A DNA stretch of 39,316 nucleotides from Eubacteriales bacterium. Its GTDB lineage: Bacteria > Bacillota > Clostridia > Oscillospirales > CAG-272. The position numbers were made by a program, and so were the translations under genes. Of this stretch, positions 1 to 8,793 are shown in pieces. Position 1 is the stretch's first letter. The number at the start of each line of letters is the position of its first letter. The stretch is from the NCBI GenBank assembly GCA_045596805.1, contig JAZOCY010000037.1, positions 1-39,316 of the forward strand. The letters are read 5' to 3'. The notes below the pieces were generated by a model, which saw nothing but the letters and a program-made list of their open reading frames with translations, had not been told where the DNA came from and did no database searches.

Positions 1-36
1 TCACAAATTACTCATAAAAGGGGCAAAAGTTTAAAA

Positions 37-606
37 TCAGTTAACTTTTTTCGATTTGCGAAAGGTTACAAACTTTGTAAAGAAGTAGTTGAGTAATACG
101 ACGAAAACGGAGACGCAAATTTTAACCGCAAGGTCGTTTGCCGAGAACGCCATAATGAGAAGCGAGGGCGCGAGAATTTCTATCAGACCTGAAAATACGC
201 GTAAGAGATAGAACTGTAAAAGCTTACCTAACAGCTTTATTCCGCGCGTTTTATCGAAGAAAACCCACGCCTGATTGACAAAAAAGGAGAAGGCGACCGC
301 AAGAAGCCAGGCAAGCGCGTTAGAGGCAAGCGCGATAAGCGCGGTAGGCGGATATTCTCTTATAATATTTTCGCCCGTAAAAAGATTATAGACGGACAGA
401 GTGAAGCTGTCTTCAAAGATAAAATTAAAAAGAGCGCGGGAGGAAAGCAGGTATATAAGCATATTGAAAAGAGTTGTCGCGACACCGAAAAAGGCGTAGC
501 GAATAAGCTCGCCGCGCTTTTCGCAAAAGGAATAGCACTTTGAGAAAAATGGTGATTTTTCGCATAAGGCTTTGATTTTTTGTCGGTATTTTTCGATAAA
601 ACTCAT
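37..606 (-). CDS. GtrA-family small polytopic membrane protein
   Basis: Track ORF 37..624. It has about 4 hydrophobic helices and GtrA-like motifs (YAFFGVATTLFN, NQAWVFF, C-terminal NYFFTKFVTFRK). I moved the start to ATG 606 (MSFIEKY), which has a GGGGGA RBS a few nt upstream. Confidence 0.7.
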   Translation of the reverse strand: MSFIEKYRQKIKALCEKSPFFSKCYSFCEKRGELIRYAFFGVATTLFNMLIYLLSSRALFNFIFEDSFTLSVYNLFTGENIIREYPPTALIALASNALAWLLAVAFSFFVNQAWVFFDKTRGIKLLGKLLQFYLLRVFSGLIEILAPSLLIMAFSANDLAVKICVSVFVVLLNYFFTKFVTFRKSKKVN

Positions 607-778
607 ACTTTTCCCCCACAGCATTAAATTCCTTTATCATTATACACTCAAAAAAATGAAAAATCAAGTGAATTGTTTTAAAAACAAAGAAGAAAGAAAT
701 TTACAAATAGATATTGCTTTTGTAAATATAATATTGTAAAATAAATTAAATAAGTATTCTTTAAGAGGAGAAAAAGGT

Positions 779-1633
779 GTGTTCGGTTACGTAAAGCCCT
801 ATTCGCAGGAGCTGCTTGTAAAGGAATACGAGCTATATAGAGCGACTTATTGCGGCGTCTGCCGTTCAATGAAGAATAACACGGGAATTTTTTCTCCCTT
901 TACCTTGAGCTACGATATTGTTTTCCTTGCGTTCGTCCGTCTGATTATTTTGGACGAGACGCTAAAAACGGAACAGAGCAGGTGTATGCTTCATTGCGCT
1001 CATAAGCGTCTTATCGCAGAAGAAAACGAGACGCTCGTATATTGCGCCAAGGTTTCTGCGCTATTGGGGTACGGAAAGCTTAAGGACGATATCTCCGACA
1101 GTGGAATTTTTGGGAAAATACGCGATATTGCTCTATTGCCCGTTCTTTTGCGCGCGAAAAAGCTTGCCGCGTTAGACGACTTGGGCGAGCGTATTTTTAC
1201 GTTGCTCGAAGAATTAAGCAAATCGGAAAAAGAAAATCAAAACGGCGAAAAACCCGCCGATCTCTTTGGAGAAATTCTCGGAGAAGTTTTTTCTTACGGT
1301 CTTGACAGAAACAAGGACGGAAAGTATAAGTCTCTGTCCTATAAAATAGGATATCATCTGGGAAGATTTATATATTACGCCGACGCGTCTGAGGATTTTG
1401 ACAGCGACTGCAAAAAAGACGAGTACAATCCTTTTCGCGTTTTGTACGGGAATTCTCTTACAGACGAAAACAGAAGCGAAATTAAGACCTCGCTCACGTT
1501 AGAGCTTGAGCAGCTTGCGAAATATATAGAGCTGCTTCCGTACGGACAGAGAAGCGCGGAGGAAAACATAATTAAAAATACGGTTTATTTCGGTATGAAG
1601 AAGCGTATTTCATTTTTGGAAAGGAATTCGTAA
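779..1633 (+). CDS. DUF5685-like protein with CxxC and CxxxC motifs, function unknown
   Basis: GTG start preceded by an AGAGGAG RBS. The N-terminus MFGYVKPY...[12 protein letters not shown] plus CMLHC matches my memory of the clostridial DUF5685 family. The stop overlaps the start of the next gene by 1 nt. Confidence 0.6.
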   Translation: MFGYVKPYSQELLVKEYELYRATYCGVCRSMKNNTGIFSPFTLSYDIVFLAFVRLIILDETLKTEQSRCMLHCAHKRLIAEENETLVYCAKVSALLGYGKLKDDISDSGIFGKIRDIALLPVLLRAKKLAALDDLGERIFTLLEELSKSEKENQNGEKPADLFGEILGEVFSYGLDRNKDGKYKSLSYKIGYHLGRFIYYADASEDFDSDCKKDEYNPFRVLYGNSLTDENRSEIKTSLTLELEQLAKYIELLPYGQRSAEENIIKNTVYFGMKKRISFLERNS

Positions 1634-2268
1634 TGAAGGACCCCTACAGTGTTCTTGGCGTGTCACGGACCGCCGATGATGAAGAAATAAAAAAGGCCTA
1701 TCATAAATTGGCGCGTAAGTATCACCCCGACAACTATTCCTCGAATCCCGATTTTGCCGAGCTTGCGAATGAGAAAATGCAGGAGATAAACGAGGCGTAC
1801 GAGGAGATAAAGCGTCAGCGCTCGTCCTCTTATTCGTCGGGAAATCGGGGAAATACCTATACGGGCAATTCTTCGGGAAATACAGCCTATATGTCCATTC
1901 GCATAATGATAAATTCGGGACAGTTCGCGCAGGCAGAGCAGGCGCTCGAGGGGATAAGAGAAGCCGAGAGAAACGCCGAGTGGCATTACTTGAAAAGCAT
2001 AGTTCTTATGCGCAGAGGCTGGACGGTTGACGCGATGCGAGAGCTTGGGATTGCCTGCGGCATGGACCCGACGAATGCCGAATACGCTCGGACAAGGGCC
2101 GAGTTTGAGCGCAGAACGGGCGCTTACGGCGGCGCTTATTCGGGAAGCGGAAGAACACCCTACGGAAGCGCGTCTTCAAGTGACAGCGCCTGTGATTGCT
2201 GCACCTCTCTTATATGCGCCGACTGCTGCTGCGAATGTATGGGCGGAGACCTTATAAGATGCTGCTGA
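1633..2268 (+). CDS. J-domain (DnaJ-like) protein with TPR-like middle region and C-terminal cysteine string
   Basis: Canonical J domain (DPYSVLGV...[17 protein letters not shown], with HPD). This is followed by a Ser/Gly/Asn-rich linker and a helical TPR-like segment. The last 25 aa, [25 protein letters not shown], contain 10 Cys. Confidence 0.85.
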   Translation: MKDPYSVLGVSRTADDEEIKKAYHKLARKYHPDNYSSNPDFAELANEKMQEINEAYEEIKRQRSSSYSSGNRGNTYTGNSSGNTAYMSIRIMINSGQFAQAEQALEGIREAERNAEWHYLKSIVLMRRGWTVDAMRELGIACGMDPTNAEYARTRAEFERRTGAYGGAYSGSGRTPYGSASSSDSACDCCTSLICADCCCECMGGDLIRCC

Positions 2269-2269
2269 T

Positions 2270-2791
2270 ATGAGAAAAACGAAGAAGCTTTCAATTTCCG
2301 CTATTTTGAGCGCGCTCAGCGTTGTATTGCTCTATTTAGGCTCGATGCTTGAGGTTTTGGACCTGTCCGCCGCCGCGCTTGCGAGCTTGGCTATCGTTTT
2401 CGCGCAGATAGAGCTGGAAAACCCCTACCCCTACTTGATTTATTTCACCGTTTCGCTGCTTGCCTTTCTGCTTTTACCCTCGAAGCTTTCGGCTATGGCT
2501 TACGCGTTCTTCGGCGGAATTTATCCTATGATAAAGGAATTTGCCGAGCGCCGAATGGGATTTAGCCGTATTATTATAAAGGCTGTGGGCTTCCTTGCGC
2601 TTATGCTCATAGCGGCGCTCGCTCTCGTCTATATATTTTTACTTCCCAAGGCAGAGCTTTTTTCGACCTACTACGTCGTTACGTTTTTGCTTTGCGCCGT
2701 TACCTTCGTTCTGTACGATTACGCGCTCAGCGTGCTTATAAGCTTTTATTTCAGACGCGTGCGTAAAAAAATACAGAGATATTTACGATAA
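2270..2791 (+). CDS. polytopic membrane protein, unknown function
   Basis: The ATG lies 1 nt after the preceding stop. There are about 5 hydrophobic helices and a basic C-terminal tail (RRVRKKIQRYLR). No family recognised. Confidence 0.55.
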   Translation: MRKTKKLSISAILSALSVVLLYLGSMLEVLDLSAAALASLAIVFAQIELENPYPYLIYFTVSLLAFLLLPSKLSAMAYAFFGGIYPMIKEFAERRMGFSRIIIKAVGFLALMLIAALALVYIFLLPKAELFSTYYVVTFLLCAVTFVLYDYALSVLISFYFRRVRKKIQRYLR

Positions 2792-2814
2792 AAATTACAC
2801 CTAAAGAGGTTATT

Positions 2815-4167
2815 ATGACAAAAATAGGATTTGTTTCTCTCGGTTGCTCGAAAAATCTGGTGGATACCGAGATTATGCTTCATAAGCTCGTCACGGCGGG
2901 CTACGAGATAACACCCGAGGACATTGACGCGGATATAATAATAGTCAACACCTGTGGCTTTATCGAGAGCGCGAAGCAGGAGGCTATTGATAATATTCTT
3001 GATTTGGCTTGGCTTAAGAAAAACAGAAATCTTAAGGGCATTATCGCTACAGGCTGTCTTACCGAGCGCTATCGCGAGCAGGTATTCGAAGAACTGCCCG
3101 AAATAGACGCTATTATAGGCGTCGGCAGTCTCTCTTATATCGTAGACGCCGTAAAGGCGGTGGAAAGGGGAGAAAGATACAGTCGCTTTGACGACAAGGA
3201 GAAGTCCGAATTAGGAGGCGACAGAATTTTGACGACGCCCGAATATACTGCGTATCTTAAGATAGCAGAGGGCTGTGATAATCACTGTACATATTGCGCC
3301 ATTCCGTTGATTCGCGGACGCTTCAGGAGCAGAAAAATCGAGGATATCGTAAAAGAAGCGAAAGAGCTTGACAAAATGGGAGTAAAGGAGCTTAATTTAA
3401 TAGCTCAGGATACCACAAGATACGGGCTGGATATTTACGGAGAATACAAGCTCGCCTCTCTCGTACGCGAGATATGCAAGGAGACCGATATCCCTTGGAT
3501 AAGACTGCTTTACTGCTATCCCGACAAGATAACCGACGACCTTATAAATGAGCTTAAGACGAACGACAGGCTCGTAAAATATATGGACATTCCCGTCCAG
3601 CACATATCAGACAAAATTCTCGCAAAAATGAACAGGCACGGCGATAGCGCTCTGATAAAGGAAACTATAGAAAAGCTGCGCAGAAGCGTGCCCGACATAA
3701 CCCTGCGCTCGACTGTGATAGTCGGCTTTCCTGGGGAAAGCGAGGAGGATTTTGAACAGCTTTGCGAATTTGTGAAGGAGACTCGATTTGACCGCTTTGG
3801 CGCGTTTACCTATTCGCCTGAGGAGGACACGCCCGCCGCGCTTTTTGACGGTCAGATAGACGGTCAGCTGAAGCAGGACAGATATGATATAATAATGCAG
3901 CTTCAGCTTGATATAAGCGAACAAAACAACAAAAAGAAGATAGGAAAAATAATACCCGTGCTTTGCGAGGGCTACGACCCCGTTTCTGAGACTCATTACG
4001 GAAGAAGCGAGGCAGACGCCCCCGACATTGACGGAAAAATTTATTTCAGGTCTCAGACACGCGTAGCTGCGGGCAGCTTTGTGCAGGTGAAGATAGAGGA
4101 GGCTCTCGACTACGATTTGGTAGGCAGAGCAGTAAATTACGTAAAGAACGGAGAAATAAAAAAATGA
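2815..4167 (+). CDS. rimO: ribosomal protein S12 methylthiotransferase RimO (radical SAM, MiaB-like)
   Basis: N-terminal UPF0004 Cys pattern (GCSKN...NTCGF...GCL), radical-SAM motif CDNHCTYCAIP, and a C-terminal TRAM-like domain. The length of 450 aa is typical. Confidence 0.9.
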   Translation: MTKIGFVSLGCSKNLVDTEIMLHKLVTAGYEITPEDIDADIIIVNTCGFIESAKQEAIDNILDLAWLKKNRNLKGIIATGCLTERYREQVFEELPEIDAIIGVGSLSYIVDAVKAVERGERYSRFDDKEKSELGGDRILTTPEYTAYLKIAEGCDNHCTYCAIPLIRGRFRSRKIEDIVKEAKELDKMGVKELNLIAQDTTRYGLDIYGEYKLASLVREICKETDIPWIRLLYCYPDKITDDLINELKTNDRLVKYMDIPVQHISDKILAKMNRHGDSALIKETIEKLRRSVPDITLRSTVIVGFPGESEEDFEQLCEFVKETRFDRFGAFTYSPEEDTPAALFDGQIDGQLKQDRYDIIMQLQLDISEQNNKKKIGKIIPVLCEGYDPVSETHYGRSEADAPDIDGKIYFRSQTRVAAGSFVQVKIEEALDYDLVGRAVNYVKNGEIKK

Positions 4168-4772
4168 GCAAGAAAAAGGCGTTTAATGTTCCCAACATGC
4201 TGTCGCTTTTACGCGTTTTGTTAGTGCCTCTGTTTATGGCGGCGCTTATTCTGAAGAAGGGAACGGGAGAGACACAGCTTGACTCGTTTCTCATAAGACT
4301 GCTTCCCGCGTTCCTTTTCGCGCTCACCGCCTTTACCGACTTCCTTGACGGTAAAATAGCGCGTAAATACAATCTCGTCACCAATTTCGGAAAATTTATA
4401 GATCCGTTAGCCGACAAATTTATGGTGTTCGGCGCTCTTATCGCTATCCTTGTGTCATATACCGAAATTGCGTCCGTTTTCGTGTGGGTAAGTATGATAG
4501 TAATGCTTCGCGAGCTTGCGGTCACCTCGCTCAGACTCGTGATAGCGGGAAATAGCGGAAAGGTCCTCGCGGCTTCATGGTGGGGCAAGATAAAGACCGC
4601 CACGCAGACCTTATCAATACTATTGATAATTTTAGAGCCCGCGCTCTTTACACCCGATTTTTGCCCCCATCTTCTAAGCTATATTGCTATGGCGGCTATT
4701 ACGGTAACCACAGTAGGCTCGGGAATAGATTATTTCCGTGCGTATATTCCCCTGATTGATATGAACAAATAA
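4164..4772 (+). CDS. pgsA: CDP-diacylglycerol--glycerol-3-phosphate 3-phosphatidyltransferase
   Basis: CDP-alcohol phosphatidyltransferase motif DGKIARKYNLVTNFGKFIDPLADK. It is a polytopic membrane protein with a 4-nt ATGA overlap with rimO. Confidence 0.9.
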   Translation: MSKKKAFNVPNMLSLLRVLLVPLFMAALILKKGTGETQLDSFLIRLLPAFLFALTAFTDFLDGKIARKYNLVTNFGKFIDPLADKFMVFGALIAILVSYTEIASVFVWVSMIVMLRELAVTSLRLVIAGNSGKVLAASWWGKIKTATQTLSILLIILEPALFTPDFCPHLLSYIAMAAITVTTVGSGIDYFRAYIPLIDMNK

Positions 4773-4880
4773 TAATGCAGAATGAGGCGTTTTTTTAAGG
4801 CAAACCGAGCTTTTTTGAACGCTTTATTCTTTTTTTCTCGATGTGCTTTCTTTTTTAAGAAAGAAATTTTCGCAAAACTA

Positions 4881-4909
4881 TTTACAAATAAATATTAGTG
4901 TGCTATAAT
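4881..4909 (+). promoter_or_regulatory. sigma-A type promoter upstream of rpsO (TTTACA-17-TGcTATAAT)
   Basis: -35 TTTACA at 4881-4886, a 17-nt spacer, and an extended -10 TGcTATAAT with TATAAT at 4904-4909. Confidence 0.5.
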
Positions 4910-5031
4910 CTAACGTGAAATACCTTTATCTCGGAGTATGGATAAAAGGACGCACCGTAAAAGCGGTTCACCGTCGCTTCACCCACCGTATCCTGGGGTT
5001 TTGGCAAATATATAAGAAAGGTGAAAAAGAC

Positions 5032-5295
5032 ATGGACAAGCAGATTAAGCAGCAGCTCATTGATACCTATAAGATCAATGAGACTGACACAGGTTCGCCC
5101 GAGGTACAGATTGCTATTCTCACTTACAGAATAAACACTCTTACCGAGCACCTGAAGGCTAACAAGAAGGACTTCCACTCTCAGAGAGGTTTGCTCCGTA
5201 TGGTTGGTCACAGAAAGAACCTGCTCAACTATCTTGCGAAGAAGGATATCGAGAGATATCGTGAAATCGTTAAGAAGCTGGGACTCAGAAAGTAA
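5032..5295 (+). CDS. rpsO: 30S ribosomal protein S15
   Basis: [55 protein letters not shown]...: a clear S15. I chose the internal ATG at 5032 (RBS AAAGGTGA upstream) rather than the track start at 4915. Confidence 0.95.
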   Translation: MDKQIKQQLIDTYKINETDTGSPEVQIAILTYRINTLTEHLKANKKDFHSQRGLLRMVGHRKNLLNYLAKKDIERYREIVKKLGLRK

Positions 5296-5319
5296 TTTAT
5301 TGCTTTCTGTCGGACGTAA

Positions 5320-5339
5320 GGAGCGCTTCATTGCGCTCC
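5320..5339 (+). terminator. GC hairpin just after rpsO (weak or partial terminator)
   Basis: GGAGCGC-ttcatt-GCGCTCC, a 7-bp stem with no U-tract. It probably allows read-through into pnp. Confidence 0.35.
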
Positions 5340-5374
5340 CTACATTCGAAAATAAGTTATAAACGGTTGTATAT

Positions 5375-5435
5375 GAGGAGGTAGCAGTTAAATATGCATT
5401 TGAATTTCAAGTCCATATTTAAGTGCTATATCCTC
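5375..5435 (+). promoter_or_regulatory. long imperfect hairpin in the pnp 5' leader
   Basis: The arms are GAGGAGGTAGCAGTTAAATATG (5375-5396) and CATATTTAAGTGCTATATCCTC (5414-5435). They form about 22 bp with 3 mismatch or wobble positions and a 17-nt loop. Confidence 0.5.
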
Positions 5436-5473
5436 TGCGACCAAAAAATTAAAGAAAAAGAAGAGGAAAACAA

Positions 5474-7567
5474 ATGTTTGAAAACTACAAGGTATTTAAC
5501 TACACGTTCGCAGGCAGACCGCTTAAGGTCGAGGTAGGAAAGGTTGCGGGACTCGCTAACGGCTCCTGCATGATCTCATACGGCGATACCGTTATACTCG
5601 CTTGCGCGACTGCAAGCGCCGCTCCCAGAGAGGGAATTGATTTTCTGCCCCTTTCGGTTGACTATGATGAAAAGATGTATTCTGTCGGAAAAATTCCCGG
5701 CGGTTATTTGAAGAGAGAGGGCAAGCCCTCCGAAAAGGCGATACTTACCAGCCGTGTTATTGACCGTCCTATCCGTCCTCTTTTCCCGAAGGACTTGAGA
5801 AACGACGTAGCTCTTTCCCTTACCGTTATGTCCGTCGATCAGGACTGCTCTCCCGAAATTACGGCTATGATAGGCGCGTCCATTGCGCTTTCCATTTCCG
5901 ACATTCCGTGGAACGGACCTATAGGCGGAGTATTTATGGGCATGGTTGACGGCGAGCTTGTTGTCAACCCCACCTCAGCAGAGAGAGAAAAGAGCGACCT
6001 CGAGCTTACCGTTGCCGCAAGCGAAAAGAAGGTCGTAATGATAGAGGCAGGCGCGAACGAGGTAAGCGACGAGGATATGTACGCCGCTATTATGAAGGCG
6101 CACGAGGTTATTAAGGACCTTCTCGTATTTATAAACGGAATAATCGCCGAGGTAGGAAAGCCGAAGTTTGATTATCCGTCCTGCGAGCTTGACCACGATA
6201 TGTTTGATGAAATATTCAGCTATTGCGAAAGTGCCGTTATGGACGCTCTCGATACGGACGACAAGAACGTGCGAGACGCGAAGATGCAGCCCATCATTGA
6301 GGATATCGCCGCTAAATTTGAAGCGAAGTATCCCGATATAAGCGTAGTTCTCCCCGAGCTTATCTATAAAATCCAGAAGAAGATAGTTCGTCGTTGGCTC
6401 TTGAATGACAAGAAGCGCGTTGACGGACGAGCTATGGACCAGATTCGTCCTCTCGACGCTCAGGTCGGACTTCTTCCCCGTACACACGGAACAGGTCTCT
6501 TTACAAGAGGTCAGACTCAGGTTCTCACCGTGGCTACTCTCGGCGCAATGAGCGAGGTTCAGAAGCTCGACGGCATTGACGAGGAGGAGTCCAAGAGATA
6601 TATGCACCACTACAATATGCCCGGCTATTCCACAGGCGAGGCTAAGGCTCTTCGTAGCCCGGGCCGCCGCGAGATAGGTCACGGCGCATTGGCAGAGCGT
6701 TCTCTTGTTCCTGTTCTTCCTTCGGTTGAGGAATTCCCCTACGCTATACGCTTGGTAAGTGAGGTTCTTAGCTCTAACGGCTCGACCTCTCAGGCGTCTG
6801 TTTGCGGTTCTACGCTTGCACTTATGGACGCAGGCGTTCCGATAAAGGCGCCCGTTGCGGGTATTTCCTGCGGTCTTATTACCGACGAGGACGGCAAATG
6901 GATGACAATGATAGACATTCAGGGACTTGAGGACTTCTACGGAGATATGGACTTCAAGGTAGCGGGTACTCATAAGGGTATCACTTCTATCCAGATGGAC
7001 TTGAAGATTGACGGTCTTACTCCTGAAATTATCAAGAATGCCCTTGAAACAACGCACAAGGCTCGCGATTTCATCATTGACGAGTATATTCTGAAGGCGA
7101 TTCCCGCCCCCAGAGAGCAGGTTTCCGTTTACGCGCCCAAGATGATTTCAATGCAGATTAACCCCGATAAGATACGCGAGGTAATCGGTACGGGCGGTAA
7201 GGTAATTCAGAAGATAGTTGCCGACACAGGCGCGAAGATTGATATAGAGGACGACGGAAGCGTATTTATTTCCGCCGTGAACAGAGACAGCGCGGATATG
7301 GCTAAGGCTATAATCGACGCAATAGTGTTTGAGCCTGTCGTAGGCGAAACCTACGAGGGTGTTGTAACAAGAATTATTCCTATCGGCGCATTCGTTGAGT
7401 ATGCTCCCGGCAAGGAGGGAATGGTACACATTTCGAAGCTTGCTCAGACACGTACAGAAAAGGTTGAGGATGTTGTAAGCATCGGAGACAAGGTAAGAGT
7501 AAAATATCTCGGCACAGATGAAAAGGGCAGACAGAATCTTTCTATGAAGGACGCTGCCGCTGAATAA
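5474..7567 (+). CDS. pnp: polyribonucleotide nucleotidyltransferase (PNPase)
   Basis: Two RNase PH-like domains plus KH and S1 domains. It has typical motifs (GDMDFKVAGT, GGKVIQKI) and is 697 aa. Confidence 0.97.
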   Translation: MFENYKVFNYTFAGRPLKVEVGKVAGLANGSCMISYGDTVILACATASAAPREGIDFLPLSVDYDEKMYSVGKIPGGYLKREGKPSEKAILTSRVIDRPIRPLFPKDLRNDVALSLTVMSVDQDCSPEITAMIGASIALSISDIPWNGPIGGVFMGMVDGELVVNPTSAEREKSDLELTVAASEKKVVMIEAGANEVSDEDMYAAIMKAHEVIKDLLVFINGIIAEVGKPKFDYPSCELDHDMFDEIFSYCESAVMDALDTDDKNVRDAKMQPIIEDIAAKFEAKYPDISVVLPELIYKIQKKIVRRWLLNDKKRVDGRAMDQIRPLDAQVGLLPRTHGTGLFTRGQTQVLTVATLGAMSEVQKLDGIDEEESKRYMHHYNMPGYSTGEAKALRSPGRREIGHGALAERSLVPVLPSVEEFPYAIRLVSEVLSSNGSTSQASVCGSTLALMDAGVPIKAPVAGISCGLITDEDGKWMTMIDIQGLEDFYGDMDFKVAGTHKGITSIQMDLKIDGLTPEIIKNALETTHKARDFIIDEYILKAIPAPREQVSVYAPKMISMQINPDKIREVIGTGGKVIQKIVADTGAKIDIEDDGSVFISAVNRDSADMAKAIIDAIVFEPVVGETYEGVVTRIIPIGAFVEYAPGKEGMVHISKLAQTRTEKVEDVVSIGDKVRVKYLGTDEKGRQNLSMKDAAAE

Positions 7568-7579
7568 TACAATCTGAGA

Positions 7580-7668
7580 CTGCCGCATTCAGATACAAGG
7601 TATATGCTTCTGATTGCGGCAGCCTCGAAAATTAAAAAAATTGTGATTTTATTTATCACAGTTTTTTT
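7580..7668 (+). terminator. pnp terminator region (two hairpins)
   Basis: CTGCCGCATTCAGA...TCTGATTGCGGCAG (7580-7622) is followed by TGTGAT-tttattt-ATCACA plus a T7 run (7642-7668). Confidence 0.5.
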
Positions 7669-7703
7669 AAAATGTGAAACAGGACGAAAAAGGAGGGGTT
7701 TGC

Positions 7704-8771
7704 TTGTCACAAACGGAAAAGGACGGAAGGCTGAACGAGGAGACGAAATATAAGCTTTCGCTCATTTTGCTTGCCGCTTTGGTTTGCGTGGCTATTTTTG
7801 CTTTTATAAATATGGCGGGAAAGCTTTCAAATAGAGAAGCTGCTGTTACGACTGCGCCTGTTACTACCGAAGCGCCTGTAACAACCGAGCCGCCTGTTTT
7901 GAGAATGTCGAAAACTGTCTCAAACAAGATAGGCGGAAGCCTGATTGTTGTAAATAACGCGAATCTTTATCAGCCGCTTGACACTCTTGCAGAGCTGAAG
8001 AACACCGACGTTTTTCAGAGAGCTACAAACGACATGCTTATAAGAGAAGAAGCCCTCGAAAATATGAAAAACGCCTTTTCCCTTTATAAAGAGGAATTCG
8101 GCGAAGAGGAAAATTTTTATTTTCCGCACATTTCAGTCGCTTTCAGAAGTGTTGAAAAGCAAAAAGAGCGATATGACGATGCTATCGACAAGTCTATTGT
8201 TTCACTACCGGGTGGTAGTGACCTGCATACAGGATATTCATTTCGTCTTATGTTGGTCGTCGGTTCCGACAATTATTATCAGTTGAACTCTGTTCCAGGC
8301 ATTCAGGCTTGGATGAATGAAAATCTGCCCAAGTTCGGCTTTATTGACAGATATCCCGAAAACGGCAATACCGATTTTAAGGGGACAAGCATAGTGGGAT
8401 ACGGAATTTACCGTTACGTCGGACTTCCGCACTCTATTTATATTTCCCAGAACGGCATTAGTCTGGAGGATTATATAGAGACGCTGAAAAGCGACTACTG
8501 TGTAGATGAAAATCCGCTTTTTGAGCTTGAGGACTTGCTTAAAATAGAGTATGATGAACAGAAGTATTACGTACTTTACGTAAGTGAGGAAAACGATAAA
8601 GCAACGATCACCTTGCCTTCCGATACCGAAATACACAGCTTTTCGGGGGACAATATAGAGGGCTTTGTAATTGTTTTGACAGAAATTGGCTCGCAGTCAG
8701 ACGTTGATGCGCCTGCCACAGAGCCTGTCGACACGTCGGATACAAGCTCACCCGTTCAGACAACAAATTAA
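7704..8771 (+). CDS. membrane-anchored VanY/peptidase M15B-like protein, zinc ligands apparently substituted
   Basis: The preferred start is TTG 7704, 7 nt after AGGAGG (the track starts at GTG 7674). It has an N-terminal TM anchor and a Thr/Pro-rich linker (VTTAPVTTEAPVTTEPP). The VanY-like core shows AFRSVEKQKERY, PGGSDLHTGYSFRL and FGFIDRYP...GIYRYVG. Confidence 0.7.
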   Translation: MSQTEKDGRLNEETKYKLSLILLAALVCVAIFAFINMAGKLSNREAAVTTAPVTTEAPVTTEPPVLRMSKTVSNKIGGSLIVVNNANLYQPLDTLAELKNTDVFQRATNDMLIREEALENMKNAFSLYKEEFGEEENFYFPHISVAFRSVEKQKERYDDAIDKSIVSLPGGSDLHTGYSFRLMLVVGSDNYYQLNSVPGIQAWMNENLPKFGFIDRYPENGNTDFKGTSIVGYGIYRYVGLPHSIYISQNGISLEDYIETLKSDYCVDENPLFELEDLLKIEYDEQKYYVLYVSEENDKATITLPSDTEIHSFSGDNIEGFVIVLTEIGSQSDVDAPATEPVDTSDTSSPVQTTN

Positions 8772-8793
8772 TTCAGAACGAGGAAATAAGAAT

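Noticed and set aside
2027-2257. 76-aa alternative-frame ORF inside the J-protein gene
   Set aside because: It lies in an out-of-frame overlap with a gene whose frame is supported by the J domain and continuous codon usage. Its Ala/Pro/Arg-rich composition is typical of an off-frame artefact.
4046-4603. 185-aa ORF on the minus strand spanning the rimO/pgsA junction
   Set aside because: It is antisense to two well-supported genes, with no RBS and no recognisable domain.
4915-5031. N-terminal 39-codon extension of the rpsO ORF in the track
   Set aside because: The S15 homology begins exactly at MDKQIKQQ (ATG 5032), which has a good RBS. The extension overlaps the promoter -10/TSS region.
5975-7057. 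360-aa ORF on the minus strand
   Set aside because: It is entirely antisense to the unambiguous pnp coding region. Its composition (Leu/Arg/Ser-rich, no motifs) is typical of a shadow ORF.
8686-8793. N-terminal extension of the second VanY-like ORF overlapping the first gene
   Set aside because: A lipoprotein signal peptide starts at ATG 8794. The extension has no RBS and overlaps the upstream coding sequence.
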